Of a DNA stretch of 64,000 nt, positions 39,301 to 47,019 are shown piece by piece. Both the position numbers and the translations under genes were made by a program. Position 1 is the first letter of the stretch. Every line of letters begins with the position of its first letter. The notes under the pieces are model-generated. The model had not been told where the DNA came from. It made no database searches and saw only the letters and a program-made list of their open reading frames with translations. Source of the DNA: Candidatus Saccharimonadia bacterium (GTDB lineage Bacteria > Patescibacteriota > Saccharimonadia > UBA4664); contig DATKIP010000076.1 of the NCBI GenBank assembly GCA_035544015.1, positions 256,299 to 320,298 of the forward strand, written 5' to 3'.

Positions 39301-40246
39301 CGCCGGTACCCGTGGCCGCGCCCGGGTACGGCGCAATACCCGTCGGGAAGTTGTGGGTTTCGGCCGTGAGCGTGGGATGATACGTGCGGTCGTCGATCAC
39401 AAATCGACTCGCCTCACCCGGCCGGCCTGGCGCCATCACATGCACCCGCCGACCCTCGATAGCCGAACTATCGTCGTGAAATGCGATCACCGAATTATTC
39501 GGGTTGGCCCGCCACGGCGCCTTCACGATCTTCATGAGGCTCGTATCGAGCGGCCGGCCGTCAAGCACCAAGCTACCCCGAAAAAACCCGTGCCGCGCGT
39601 GCTCATTATTGGCTTGGCCAAGGGAAAATATCTCAACATCCGTCGGGTCACGCTGCAACCGATTTACGAATAATTCCGCGTAACTGGCCATATCCTGCTC
39701 ATCCATAGCCAGCCCAAATTCCTGGTTGGCCCGGCGCAGCGCCTCGATACCGTCGCGCAGTACCGGCACGGTGCGCACCGGCTCCGGCGCCCCGCTCACC
39801 GCCAGCGTGGCCGGCGCCTCATGGTACGGCTGCTGGGTCATGCGGTCGGCCAGCGCCGCCTCGAGCTGGCCGCGCTCATCCGGCCCCAGCCGCTTCGAAA
39901 ATCCCAGCCGCCGTGCCCGCTCAATCCGGATCACGCTGTCAAGCCCCACCGCTCGGCAAATCTGGCGCGCGGTACTCGCCCACGGCGTCTCAAAGTTCAG
40001 TCGCGGTCCGATCTCGATCACGCTCGGATGCTCGGTCAAAAAAGACGCCTCGCGCGTCCCCCAAGGGTCAAATGTCTCGCCGAGCAGCCACTGGAGCTGC
40101 CCAATTTCGCCTTCGCTGAGCTGCCGCGCCGTCTCCACGTAATACACCCACTCGGCCTGTACTGACCGCGGCGCCGCGATTCCAGCCGCTTCCAGTTGGC
40201 TCAATTCACGCGCCCGCAGTTTGTCTCGGCGATGAAACTTGTACAC
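36359..40246 (-). CDS. purL: Phosphoribosylformylglycinamidine synthase, large single-chain form
   Basis: 1295 aa. TAETHNFPT, GGRIRD, HDLGAGG, GGKDSLSM, HDRSDGG. Glutaminase motifs GVCNG and HPER. Confidence 0.97.
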   Translation of the reverse strand: MYKFHRRDKLRARELSQLEAAGIAAPRSVQAEWVYYVETARQLSEGEIGQLQWLLGETFDPWGTREASFLTEHPSVIEIGPRLNFETPWASTARQICRAVGLDSVIRIERARRLGFSKRLGPDERGQLEAALADRMTQQPYHEAPATLAVSGAPEPVRTVPVLRDGIEALRRANQEFGLAMDEQDMASYAELFVNRLQRDPTDVEIFSLGQANNEHARHGFFRGSLVLDGRPLDTSLMKIVKAPWRANPNNSVIAFHDDSSAIEGRRVHVMAPGRPGEASRFVIDDRTYHPTLTAETHNFPTGIAPYPGAATGTGGRIRDNQAVGRGGLVVASGVGYSVGNLHIPGYELPWEKDGVAHPENLASPLDILIEASNGASDYGNCFGEPVLLGHVRTFGQTTPGGYRAWFKPVMYSEGVGMLDANHAEKGLPEPRMLIVQVGGPAYRIGMGGGAASSLMSGDNSAALDFNAVQRGDPEMEQRLGRVIRTCVELGASNPIVSAHDLGAGGDSNALPEIANPVGGRIELRAIPVGDATLSVLEIWGNESQERDALLLRPEDLARFEAICAREKAPVAVVGEITGDGQLVVHDATDDTTPVNLPLEAVLGDSVAKTVELTTQPPVLRPLKLPADLTVRQALERVLRLVSVGSKSWLTRKVDRSVTGLVAQQQGVGPLETPLADYGVVAHSLFGNSGTVVSQGERPLIGLVSPGAQGRMTVGEAITNLMGARISDLGDVRASANWMWPAKLEGEGARLYEAAVAMSDTMTALGMAVDGGKDSLSMAAQTPGGMVKAPGQLVVAPYAVMPDVRQKITPDFKGAGNVLILVDLSGGHTRLGGSALAQAYGQIGDEAPDLDDPAVLGQAFVSVQGLIRRGRVRALHDRSDGGLVVTAIEMALAGNLGLELELPGAEEPLAALFCEELGVLLEVAPAAAEAVRAELDSDGVAHTTVGRVGEAGAPVRVSAGGHALVDVPLHELRGLWEATSSRLDALQANPKLVADEAAVMAAPRVNPRWHLTFKPVSPSAATVIGPGLAAPKVAVLREAGTNGDREMAAAFVAAGFEAWDVTMSDLLTGSVGLEQFRGVAFPGGFSFGDVLDAGKGSAGVIRFNPVLADQFASFYARTDTFSLGVCNGAQLMALLGWAPFAQLPDDEKPRFVQNASGRFESRLATVEIGPSPAIMLAGMEGSRLGVWVAHGEGRLHVPTPEVLRDIRAGNLAPLRFVEPDGGPTTAYPFNPNGSPEGITALCSPDGRHLAMMPHPERMANALWQWPWLPTEWQGFEASPWLRMFQNARAWCERED

Positions 40247-40358
40247 CCATACTCCCCATCATTTAGCCGTATCTTGGTTTATCCGCCGGGCTTCGTCAAT
40301 CCTTACTTTGATCTGGTGTCGATAACCGCTAAACTTATGAAGTAATGTTGCGGAACAA

Positions 40359-40925
40359 ATGACCAAACTCGCCGTGATGGTGTCGGGCGTGGGCTCGATA
40401 CTCGAGGCTATACTCGAATCCGGCCTCCAGGTATCGTTGGTAGTGGCCGACCGCCAGTGTCGCGGGCTCAAATTGGCGGCCGATGCCGGGATTCCGGTCG
40501 AGCTCGTCGAACGTAGCAACTACGGCCATAGCTTCGACCGCCTGGCCTATTCACACCGCCTCGCCGGCGTGCTCAAAGCCCACCACATCGATCTTGTCGC
40601 CATGGCCGGCTTCATGACCGTCCTCGATAAGCCGATTTTTGACCATTACGAAGGCAAAATCCTCAACACCCACCCCTCGCTTCTGCCGGCCTTTGCAGGC
40701 GAACGAGCGGTGCAAAATGCCCTCGATTACGGCGTCAAATTGACCGGCTGCACCATCCACATCGCCACCATCAAGCTCGATGACGGCCCCATTTTGGCCC
40801 AGGAAGCCGTGCCGGTATTGGCCGGCGACACGGCCGAATCGCTCCAGGAGCGCATCAAGCAAGTGGAGCGCCGGCTGTATCCCGAAACTATCCGCCACCT
40901 AATCACGAAAGCGAGCCCCGTATGA
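40359..40925 (+). CDS. purN: Phosphoribosylglycinamide formyltransferase
   Basis: SGVGS, AGFM, NTHPSLLP.F.G, GCTIH, DDGPI..Q. Confidence 0.95.
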   Translation: MTKLAVMVSGVGSILEAILESGLQVSLVVADRQCRGLKLAADAGIPVELVERSNYGHSFDRLAYSHRLAGVLKAHHIDLVAMAGFMTVLDKPIFDHYEGKILNTHPSLLPAFAGERAVQNALDYGVKLTGCTIHIATIKLDDGPILAQEAVPVLAGDTAESLQERIKQVERRLYPETIRHLITKASPV

Positions 40926-42025
40926 GTAAACCCGGCCTCAAATACGCCGACACCGGCGTTGATTATAGCGCCCTCGACCCCTTTAAGCGCCTCGCCCAGA
41001 CGGCGGCCGCCCAGACCGCCGGCAATGCCCAGCGCCTCGGTTTCACCGAGCTATCATCGAGTCGCGGCGAGAGCGCCTACCTCATTGAGGCCGCCGACCA
41101 CTTCATCGCTCATGTCGAGGAGGGTCTCGGCACCAAAAACCTCGTGGCCGACGCCGTGCATGAGCTCACCGGCCGCCAGTATTATGACGCCATCGCCCAA
41201 GACACCGTCGCCATGATCGTCAATGACATGATCACGCTCGGCGCGCTGCCGGTCTCGGTGGCCATGCACGCCGGCGTCGGCGACACACGCTGGTTTGCCG
41301 ACGAGGCCCGCGCCGCCAGCCTCGTGGCCGGCTGGAAGCACGCCTGCGACCTGGCGCGCGCCGTGTGGGGCGGCGGCGAGTCGCCCGGGCTCACCGGCGT
41401 GGTGGAGCCCCACGCCGTGGTGCTGGCCGGATCGGCCGTGGGCGTCATCAAGCCCAAAGACCGCCTCATCACCGGCAACATCGCCGCCGGCGATGCCATC
41501 GTGATGTTTGCCAGCACCGGCATCCACGCCAACGGCCTGTCGCTGGCCCGCAAAATCGCCCAGTCCACCGGCTACGACGCCACCTTGAGCGACGGCCGCA
41601 CCTACGGCGAGGCGCTCCTCGATCCCACGCATATCTATGTCCCCGTTATCGAGGACGTGCAGGAGGCGGGCATCAAACTCCATTACGCCGTCAACATTAC
41701 CGGCCACGGCTGGCGCAAGCTCATGCGCGCCGTCGAGCCGTTTGTGTACGAAATCGACACCATCCCCGAGCCGCAGCCGGTCTTCACCTTCATGCAGGAG
41801 CACGGCCCGGTCGACGACGCCGAAGCCTACGGCAACTTCAATATGGGCGCCGGTTTCGCCGTGTACGCTCGCCCCGAAGACGTCGCTCGCATCATCGAAG
41901 TCGCCGCCAGCCATAGCATCAAGGCGTGGCTAGCGGGAACTATCCGCAAAGACGCAGATCAGAAAAAGGTCGTCATCAAGCCAAAAAACCTAACGTACGA
42001 AGGAGACTCACTCGGTGTCCGCTAA
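40922..42025 (+). CDS. purM: AIR synthase (phosphoribosylformylglycinamidine cyclo-ligase)
   Basis: Y..TGVD, EGLGTK, AMIVND, GGE, STGIHANG, ITGHG, FNMGAG. Confidence 0.92.
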   Translation: MSKPGLKYADTGVDYSALDPFKRLAQTAAAQTAGNAQRLGFTELSSSRGESAYLIEAADHFIAHVEEGLGTKNLVADAVHELTGRQYYDAIAQDTVAMIVNDMITLGALPVSVAMHAGVGDTRWFADEARAASLVAGWKHACDLARAVWGGGESPGLTGVVEPHAVVLAGSAVGVIKPKDRLITGNIAAGDAIVMFASTGIHANGLSLARKIAQSTGYDATLSDGRTYGEALLDPTHIYVPVIEDVQEAGIKLHYAVNITGHGWRKLMRAVEPFVYEIDTIPEPQPVFTFMQEHGPVDDAEAYGNFNMGAGFAVYARPEDVARIIEVAASHSIKAWLAGTIRKDADQKKVVIKPKNLTYEGDSLGVR

Positions 42026-43454
42026 CCGCCCCCTCATCCCCAATGTCCTAGCCGACCGCTACGCGTCCGTTCCCATGCTCGAATTATGGACCGACGAAGC
42101 CCGCGTGGTGCGCGAACGCCGGTTTTGGCTGAGCGTGCTGCGTTCACAAATCAAGCACGGCCACGATGCGCCTGCCGGAGCCGTGGCCGACTATGAGAAG
42201 GTGATCGACCAGGTCGACCTCGCCTCCATTCGCCGCCGCGAGCTGCGGCTCCACCACGACGTAATGGCGCGTATCGAGGAATTCAACGCTCTCGCCGGCC
42301 ACGAGCTCGTCCACGTGGGCCTCACCTCGCGCGACGTCACCGAAAACACCGAGCAGGCGGCTATTCGCGACTCACTCACCCTGATGCATGGCCGGCTAGT
42401 GGGCACCCTGGCCCGCCTCGACCGCCTCGCCCGCGAGTATCGCGACCTGCCCGTGGCCGGCCGCAGCCACAACGTGCCGGCGCAGGTCACCACGCTCGGC
42501 AAACGTTTCGCCACCGCCGGCGAGGAGTTACTCCTGGGCATTGAGGCGCTCGAGGATTTGCAGGCGCGGTACCCGCTGCGCGGCATTAAGGGCCCCATGG
42601 GCACGGCCGCCGACCAGCTGCAGGTGCTCGGCGGCGACCCGGCCGCCGTCGGCGCCCTCGAGGCCGACATCGCCGCCGAGCTCGGTTTCGAGCATGTCTT
42701 CGGCAGCGTCGGCCAAGTGTACCCGCGCTCGCTCGATCTGGCCGCGGTCGACGCACTCATCCGCGCGCTAGCGCCGCTCTCAAGCCTCGCCACCACCATC
42801 CGCCTCATGGCCGGCAACGGCCAAGCCACCGAAGGCTTTGCCAAGGGCCAGGCCGGTTCCAGCGCCATGCCGCACAAAATGAACGCCCGCTCCTGCGAGC
42901 GCGTCCACGGCCTCTACGCTGTGCTCGGCGGCAGTCACGCGCAGCTAGCGGCCATCACCGGCGACCAATGGTACGAAGGCGACGTCACCTGCTCGGTGGT
43001 GCGCCGGGTCGCTCTGCCCAATGCCTTCTTCGCAGCCGACGGCCTGGTGCAGACCATGCTCGCCGTACTCGATTCGTTTGGCGCCTACCCGGCCGTCATC
43101 ACGGCCGAGCTCACTACCTACCTACCGTTCCTAGCCAGCTCCAAAATCCTCATGGCCGCAGTCGCGGGGGGTGTCGGCCGCGAAACCGCCCACGCCGCCA
43201 TCAAGGAGCACGCCACGGCCGTGGCCAAGGCCATGCGCGAATCCGGCGCCACCACCAACAACCTCGTCGACCGCCTCGCCGCCGACGACCGCCTCGGCCT
43301 CACCGCCGCCGAGCTCACCAGCCTCATCCACGCCGAGCCGCTCAGCTTCGCCGGCCTGGCCCGCGAGCAAGTCGACACCTTCCACGCCCGCGCCGCCACC
43401 GTCCTCGAAGCCCACCCCGAAGCCGCCAAATATGTACCGGAAGCAGTACTTTAG
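42015..43454 (+). CDS. purB: Adenylosuccinate lyase
   Basis: RYAS, HHDVMA, GLTSRD, GSSAMPHKMN signature. Confidence 0.95.
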   Translation: MSANRPLIPNVLADRYASVPMLELWTDEARVVRERRFWLSVLRSQIKHGHDAPAGAVADYEKVIDQVDLASIRRRELRLHHDVMARIEEFNALAGHELVHVGLTSRDVTENTEQAAIRDSLTLMHGRLVGTLARLDRLAREYRDLPVAGRSHNVPAQVTTLGKRFATAGEELLLGIEALEDLQARYPLRGIKGPMGTAADQLQVLGGDPAAVGALEADIAAELGFEHVFGSVGQVYPRSLDLAAVDALIRALAPLSSLATTIRLMAGNGQATEGFAKGQAGSSAMPHKMNARSCERVHGLYAVLGGSHAQLAAITGDQWYEGDVTCSVVRRVALPNAFFAADGLVQTMLAVLDSFGAYPAVITAELTTYLPFLASSKILMAAVAGGVGRETAHAAIKEHATAVAKAMRESGATTNNLVDRLAADDRLGLTAAELTSLIHAEPLSFAGLAREQVDTFHARAATVLEAHPEAAKYVPEAVL

Positions 43455-43521
43455 CGAACCATCACGCTAGGGTATAGCGGGGTTGTCCTGTTTTGTAATA
43501 CCTCTAGTGCTGCAACAGTAG

Positions 43522-44151
43522 TTACTCTATAAAACCAGCAGCCTTTGCCTCTGCTTCCAGCCGTAGCGTCTGTGCAGTGATAGTCTCATACAACCTAGCG
43601 TCAACTGTCTTCGCAAAAGGCAAATAGAAATTCTTCGTTTCATCGAGGTAGATCGTGACCAGCTCTTTACCAAATGTCATTGCCCAGTGGAGATTATCAA
43701 TCCTATCTAAAAGCTTAATAATTTTTGCTTCGTGTGGTGCAGATTGAAGGTTTTTAAAATACGCTCCATTGACTCTCTGGCGCTTCTGAGTTTCGGAAAA
43801 TTGCCCTGCTACGCTTGGCTTAGAAAGCGACATAACAATTTCGCAGATGTGGCTTCCAAAAATACTTCTTAGTTCGGCTTTGGTAAAACTGGCGTCATCT
43901 TCGATGCAATCATGCAGCAAAGCACTGGCAACAAACTCTTCTGTCACCTCGTTTGCTAGAAAATTAATAGTTAAGGTGGTGACGGGGTAAATATGCTCAG
44001 TAAGGTAGGGTTGTCCATCTTCTCGGAGTTGACCGGTGTGCGATTTAATTGCTTGTTCGAGGGCACGCTCAATAAGCGCGGTGAGACCAACTGCGGACCG
44101 ATCGATACGGTTTCTGAGCTCGGCTTCTGTAACACTCTCAGGGATTTGCAT
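43522..44151 (-). CDS. HD-domain small alarmone hydrolase (RelA/SpoT HD, Mesh1-like)
   Basis: HTGQLREDGQPY..H, ALLHDCIED, KLLDRIDNL. More AT-rich than flanks. Start 44151 or 44160. Confidence 0.82.
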   Translation of the reverse strand: MQIPESVTEAELRNRIDRSAVGLTALIERALEQAIKSHTGQLREDGQPYLTEHIYPVTTLTINFLANEVTEEFVASALLHDCIEDDASFTKAELRSIFGSHICEIVMSLSKPSVAGQFSETQKRQRVNGAYFKNLQSAPHEAKIIKLLDRIDNLHWAMTFGKELVTIYLDETKNFYLPFAKTVDARLYETITAQTLRLEAEAKAAGFIE

Positions 44152-44193
44152 TATCTGCATAATAACAGGTTCGAAAGTGATTCCTTGGTTGGG

Positions 44194-44229
44194 CAAAAAA
44201 TGACAAAAATTGTCAAAAATTCCCCATGC
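44194..44229. repeat. Dispersed 36-bp repeat, copy 2
   Basis: CAAAAAATGACAAAAATTGTCAAAAATTCCCCATGC. Confidence 0.85.
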
Positions 44230-44240
44230 GACACGCCGGA

Positions 44241-44642
44241 CTATACATTCTCCCAAAAAAAGTGAGGCGGATTTCCGTCGCACGTCTCACCCACGAAGTC
44301 CGGCAGAAGACCACCATTCGAAGCAATTAAGACGCAACTTTTTGCCATACCTCCGCGCTCCCGAACCAGAGCAACCGCCTTGCGCGTGAGCAGCCCGCGC
44401 TTACTCGCGTCATCCACTACTAGTACCCGACGTCCCGTGCAATCGCCCAACGTTGCCAACTCATCGAGATGATAGTCGCCAGTATCGTCCTTGTAGACGG
44501 GCAGACCAATCACGTTCCGGCTACGTATGCCCAGCCGCTTAGCAAGGACGGCCGCCGTCGGAAACCCACCCGTGCTGAGTCCAATGATCGTATCAGGCGC
44601 AAACCCCTCGGCCTCAATTTTGGCAACGACGAGCTCAATAAA
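44241..44642 (-). pseudogene. 5'-truncated type I phosphoribosyltransferase (Gpt/Hpt-like)
   Basis: Manual extension of the 44241-44513 ORF gives FIELVVAKIEAEGFAPDTIIGLSTGGFPTAAVLAKRLG...VLVVDDASKRG...FFWE. No ATG/GTG/TTG upstream of the conserved part before the esterase stop. Confidence 0.7.
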
Positions 44643-45569
44643 CTATTTCCCCTTGAGCCAATCTATAATGTCTTGGATTGCTGCCCTGCCCATTTTAGTT
44701 GGGCTTGATGTAAAGCCATGGGCAGCTTCGGGGTAAACTCGTAAATCCACTTCATTGCCGGCCGCTGAAAGCCTAGCAGCCATAGCAAAGCTATCTTCCA
44801 TCAAGATATCTGCCGTACCCACTATTATCAACGCCGGCGGTAAGCCTTTTAAATCGCCATAAAGTGGTGATATATCAGATTGTGTTTTGTCGACAATCTT
44901 TCCAGCATATGCCTGAATAAAATACTCGTCAGCATATAGCCTCCCACCTGGTGTTTGACCGCTCAAATCATATGCACCAAATTGTAAAACTGCACCAACA
45001 AATCGGGCTAAAAGCTTGTCATCACGCAGCCGAAGCAAAGTAGTCATCGCCAATGTTGCGCCTGCTGAAGAACCGCCGATTATAAGGCGTGCTGTTCCAA
45101 ACAATTGCTCAGCTTGCTCAGTCAACCAATGGGCCACAGTAGCACAGTCATCGGGAGCAGCAGGCCAAGGGTCTTCGGGTGCTAGTCGGTACTCAACGCT
45201 TATTACCGCCACTTCTAAAGCATCTGCAAGATAAGCATTTTGTACATCGTTTCTCGCAGCCTCGTTGAGGTAAAAGCCCCCGCCGGGAATATTGAGGTAT
45301 ACACCTTGCGCCTTACCTTTCTTCGGCTGAATTATCCGTACAGGAACTTCTCTGCCATATGCTTCAACAATTGCTTCAGTAATGTTACGGTCTGTTAGCG
45401 TGTCGGATGGTTTACGGGCATCTCGAGCCTCCTGTAGCCCATCAGGAGTAGTCAAATCAGGCTGCTTTTTATTGGGCTTAGCGGCTTTCCTAGCTTCGTA
45501 GAACTGCTTGCTCTCATCTGCAAGAGATTTCATTTCAGGGTCAATAAGCTGGTTTAGTCCGATTTGCAT
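44643..45569 (-). CDS. Alpha/beta hydrolase, HSL-family esterase
   Basis: PGGGF, EYRLAPE, GSSAG, D..HGF. AT-rich. Confidence 0.9.
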   Translation of the reverse strand: MQIGLNQLIDPEMKSLADESKQFYEARKAAKPNKKQPDLTTPDGLQEARDARKPSDTLTDRNITEAIVEAYGREVPVRIIQPKKGKAQGVYLNIPGGGFYLNEAARNDVQNAYLADALEVAVISVEYRLAPEDPWPAAPDDCATVAHWLTEQAEQLFGTARLIIGGSSAGATLAMTTLLRLRDDKLLARFVGAVLQFGAYDLSGQTPGGRLYADEYFIQAYAGKIVDKTQSDISPLYGDLKGLPPALIIVGTADILMEDSFAMAARLSAAGNEVDLRVYPEAAHGFTSSPTKMGRAAIQDIIDWLKGK

Positions 45570-45693
45570 ACTCACTTATTATACTGTGGTTTGGCTTCTG
45601 ATTGATTAACCATCCCTGCCCGATTGCCCAGGTACCGCTTGTGTCGCCGTTGGGTTAAAATAATCTAGAAAGCTAGTGAAGGAGCCACAAACC

Positions 45694-46176
45694 ATGACCC
45701 TCGTACACATCGTTCTCGGCAGCGCCAGCGACCTCGAAGCCGTCAAGGCCGCCGGCATGACCCAAACCCTAGACACCATCGGCATCTCCAGCGCCGTATC
45801 CGTTTGCAGCGCCCACCGTAACCTCGAAGAGCTCGGTACCTTTGCCACCGAAGCCGTCCAAAACGGCGCCCAAGTCTTCATCGGGGTCGCCGGCATGGCC
45901 ACGGCGCTTCCAGGTGCGCTCGCCGGCCTCACCACCATGGCCAAGCCCATCATTGGCGTGCCCCTCGACGAGCACGGCATCGACTCGTGTATCTACATGC
46001 CGCCGGGTGTGCCCGTGCTCACCGCCGGCGTGGGCAAATCCGGGCTCAAAAACGCCGCCATCGCCACGGCCCAAATTCTCGCCGTAAACGACCCCGCCAT
46101 CACCGAAGGCCTAGCCACATTCCTCGCCGCCTCCAAAAAGCAGCCGCAATTCGACATTAAAGAAGGGAGCAAATAA
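45694..46176 (+). CDS. purE: AIR carboxylase / N5-CAIR mutase (PurE family)
   Basis: GSASD, SAHR, PIIGVP, MPPGVPV, NAA. SD AAGGAG before ATG 45694. Confidence 0.92.
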   Translation: MTLVHIVLGSASDLEAVKAAGMTQTLDTIGISSAVSVCSAHRNLEELGTFATEAVQNGAQVFIGVAGMATALPGALAGLTTMAKPIIGVPLDEHGIDSCIYMPPGVPVLTAGVGKSGLKNAAIATAQILAVNDPAITEGLATFLAASKKQPQFDIKEGSK

Positions 46177-47018
46177 TGGCAGACGCGCAAGTCAAACTGG
46201 CCGAAGGCAAAACCAAAGTCATCTGGGACGCCGGCGACGGCAAAGTCACGATTGAATCCAAAGACGACATCACCGCCGGAGACGGCGCCAAGCACGATAT
46301 GCTCGAAGGCAAAGCCATCACCGCCAACCAGACCACTTCAAACGTTTTTGCCCTTCTCAAAGCCAAAGGTCTGGCCACCCATTTCATTGAACGCACCGCC
46401 GACCGCGCCTTCAAAGCCCGCTCAGCTAAGATGATCCCGCTCGAGCTCGTCGCCCGCCGCATCGCCACCGGTTCGTATCTCAAGCGCCGGCCGGACGTAA
46501 AGGAAGGCACCATTTTCGGCGATCTCGTGGTGGAATTCTTTGAAAAAGACGACCCCAACCACGATCCTCTGGTGATTTTCGACTTCGTCACCGGGCGCTT
46601 GTTGCGTTATACCGCCAGCAAGCCCCTGGGCGAAGGCTTTATGAACGAACAGCCCCTGGCCGAAACCATATTTAAAGACCTCGACGCCCCCCAAATCCTT
46701 ACCCTGGTGGAGCTCACCAAGCAGGCTTTTGAAGTTCTCGAAGCCGCCTGGGCCGAGCAGGAGGTAACCCTCGTGGACCTCAAAATAGAGGCCGGCCGCG
46801 ACGCCGAAACCGACGAATTATTCATCGCCGACGTGGTCGATAACGACTCCTGGCGCATCTGGCCCGGCGGCGACAAGTCCCAAATGAAAGACAAGCAAGT
46901 TTACCGCAACCTCGCCGGCGTGGACGATCCCGCCGCCAAGGCCAAAGAGCTCGGTAAAATCAAACAAAATTACACCTGGGTGGCCGAAGCCACTGAAAAA
47001 TTCAGCCAGGGCGAATAA
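46176..47018 (+). CDS. purC: SAICAR synthetase (PAICS-like subtype)
   Basis: EGKTK, KDDITAG, E.VARRIATGSY, KDD...DP, LVDLKIE.G, ADVVDNDSWR.WP. Confidence 0.95.
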   Translation: MADAQVKLAEGKTKVIWDAGDGKVTIESKDDITAGDGAKHDMLEGKAITANQTTSNVFALLKAKGLATHFIERTADRAFKARSAKMIPLELVARRIATGSYLKRRPDVKEGTIFGDLVVEFFEKDDPNHDPLVIFDFVTGRLLRYTASKPLGEGFMNEQPLAETIFKDLDAPQILTLVELTKQAFEVLEAAWAEQEVTLVDLKIEAGRDAETDELFIADVVDNDSWRIWPGGDKSQMKDKQVYRNLAGVDDPAAKAKELGKIKQNYTWVAEATEKFSQGE

Positions 47019-47019
47019 T

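Noticed and set aside
45600-45690. ZMP/ZTP riboswitch upstream of purE
   Set aside because: Only a CCTGGGCA fragment, on the wrong strand. The GACTGGCG/GGGAG core is absent.
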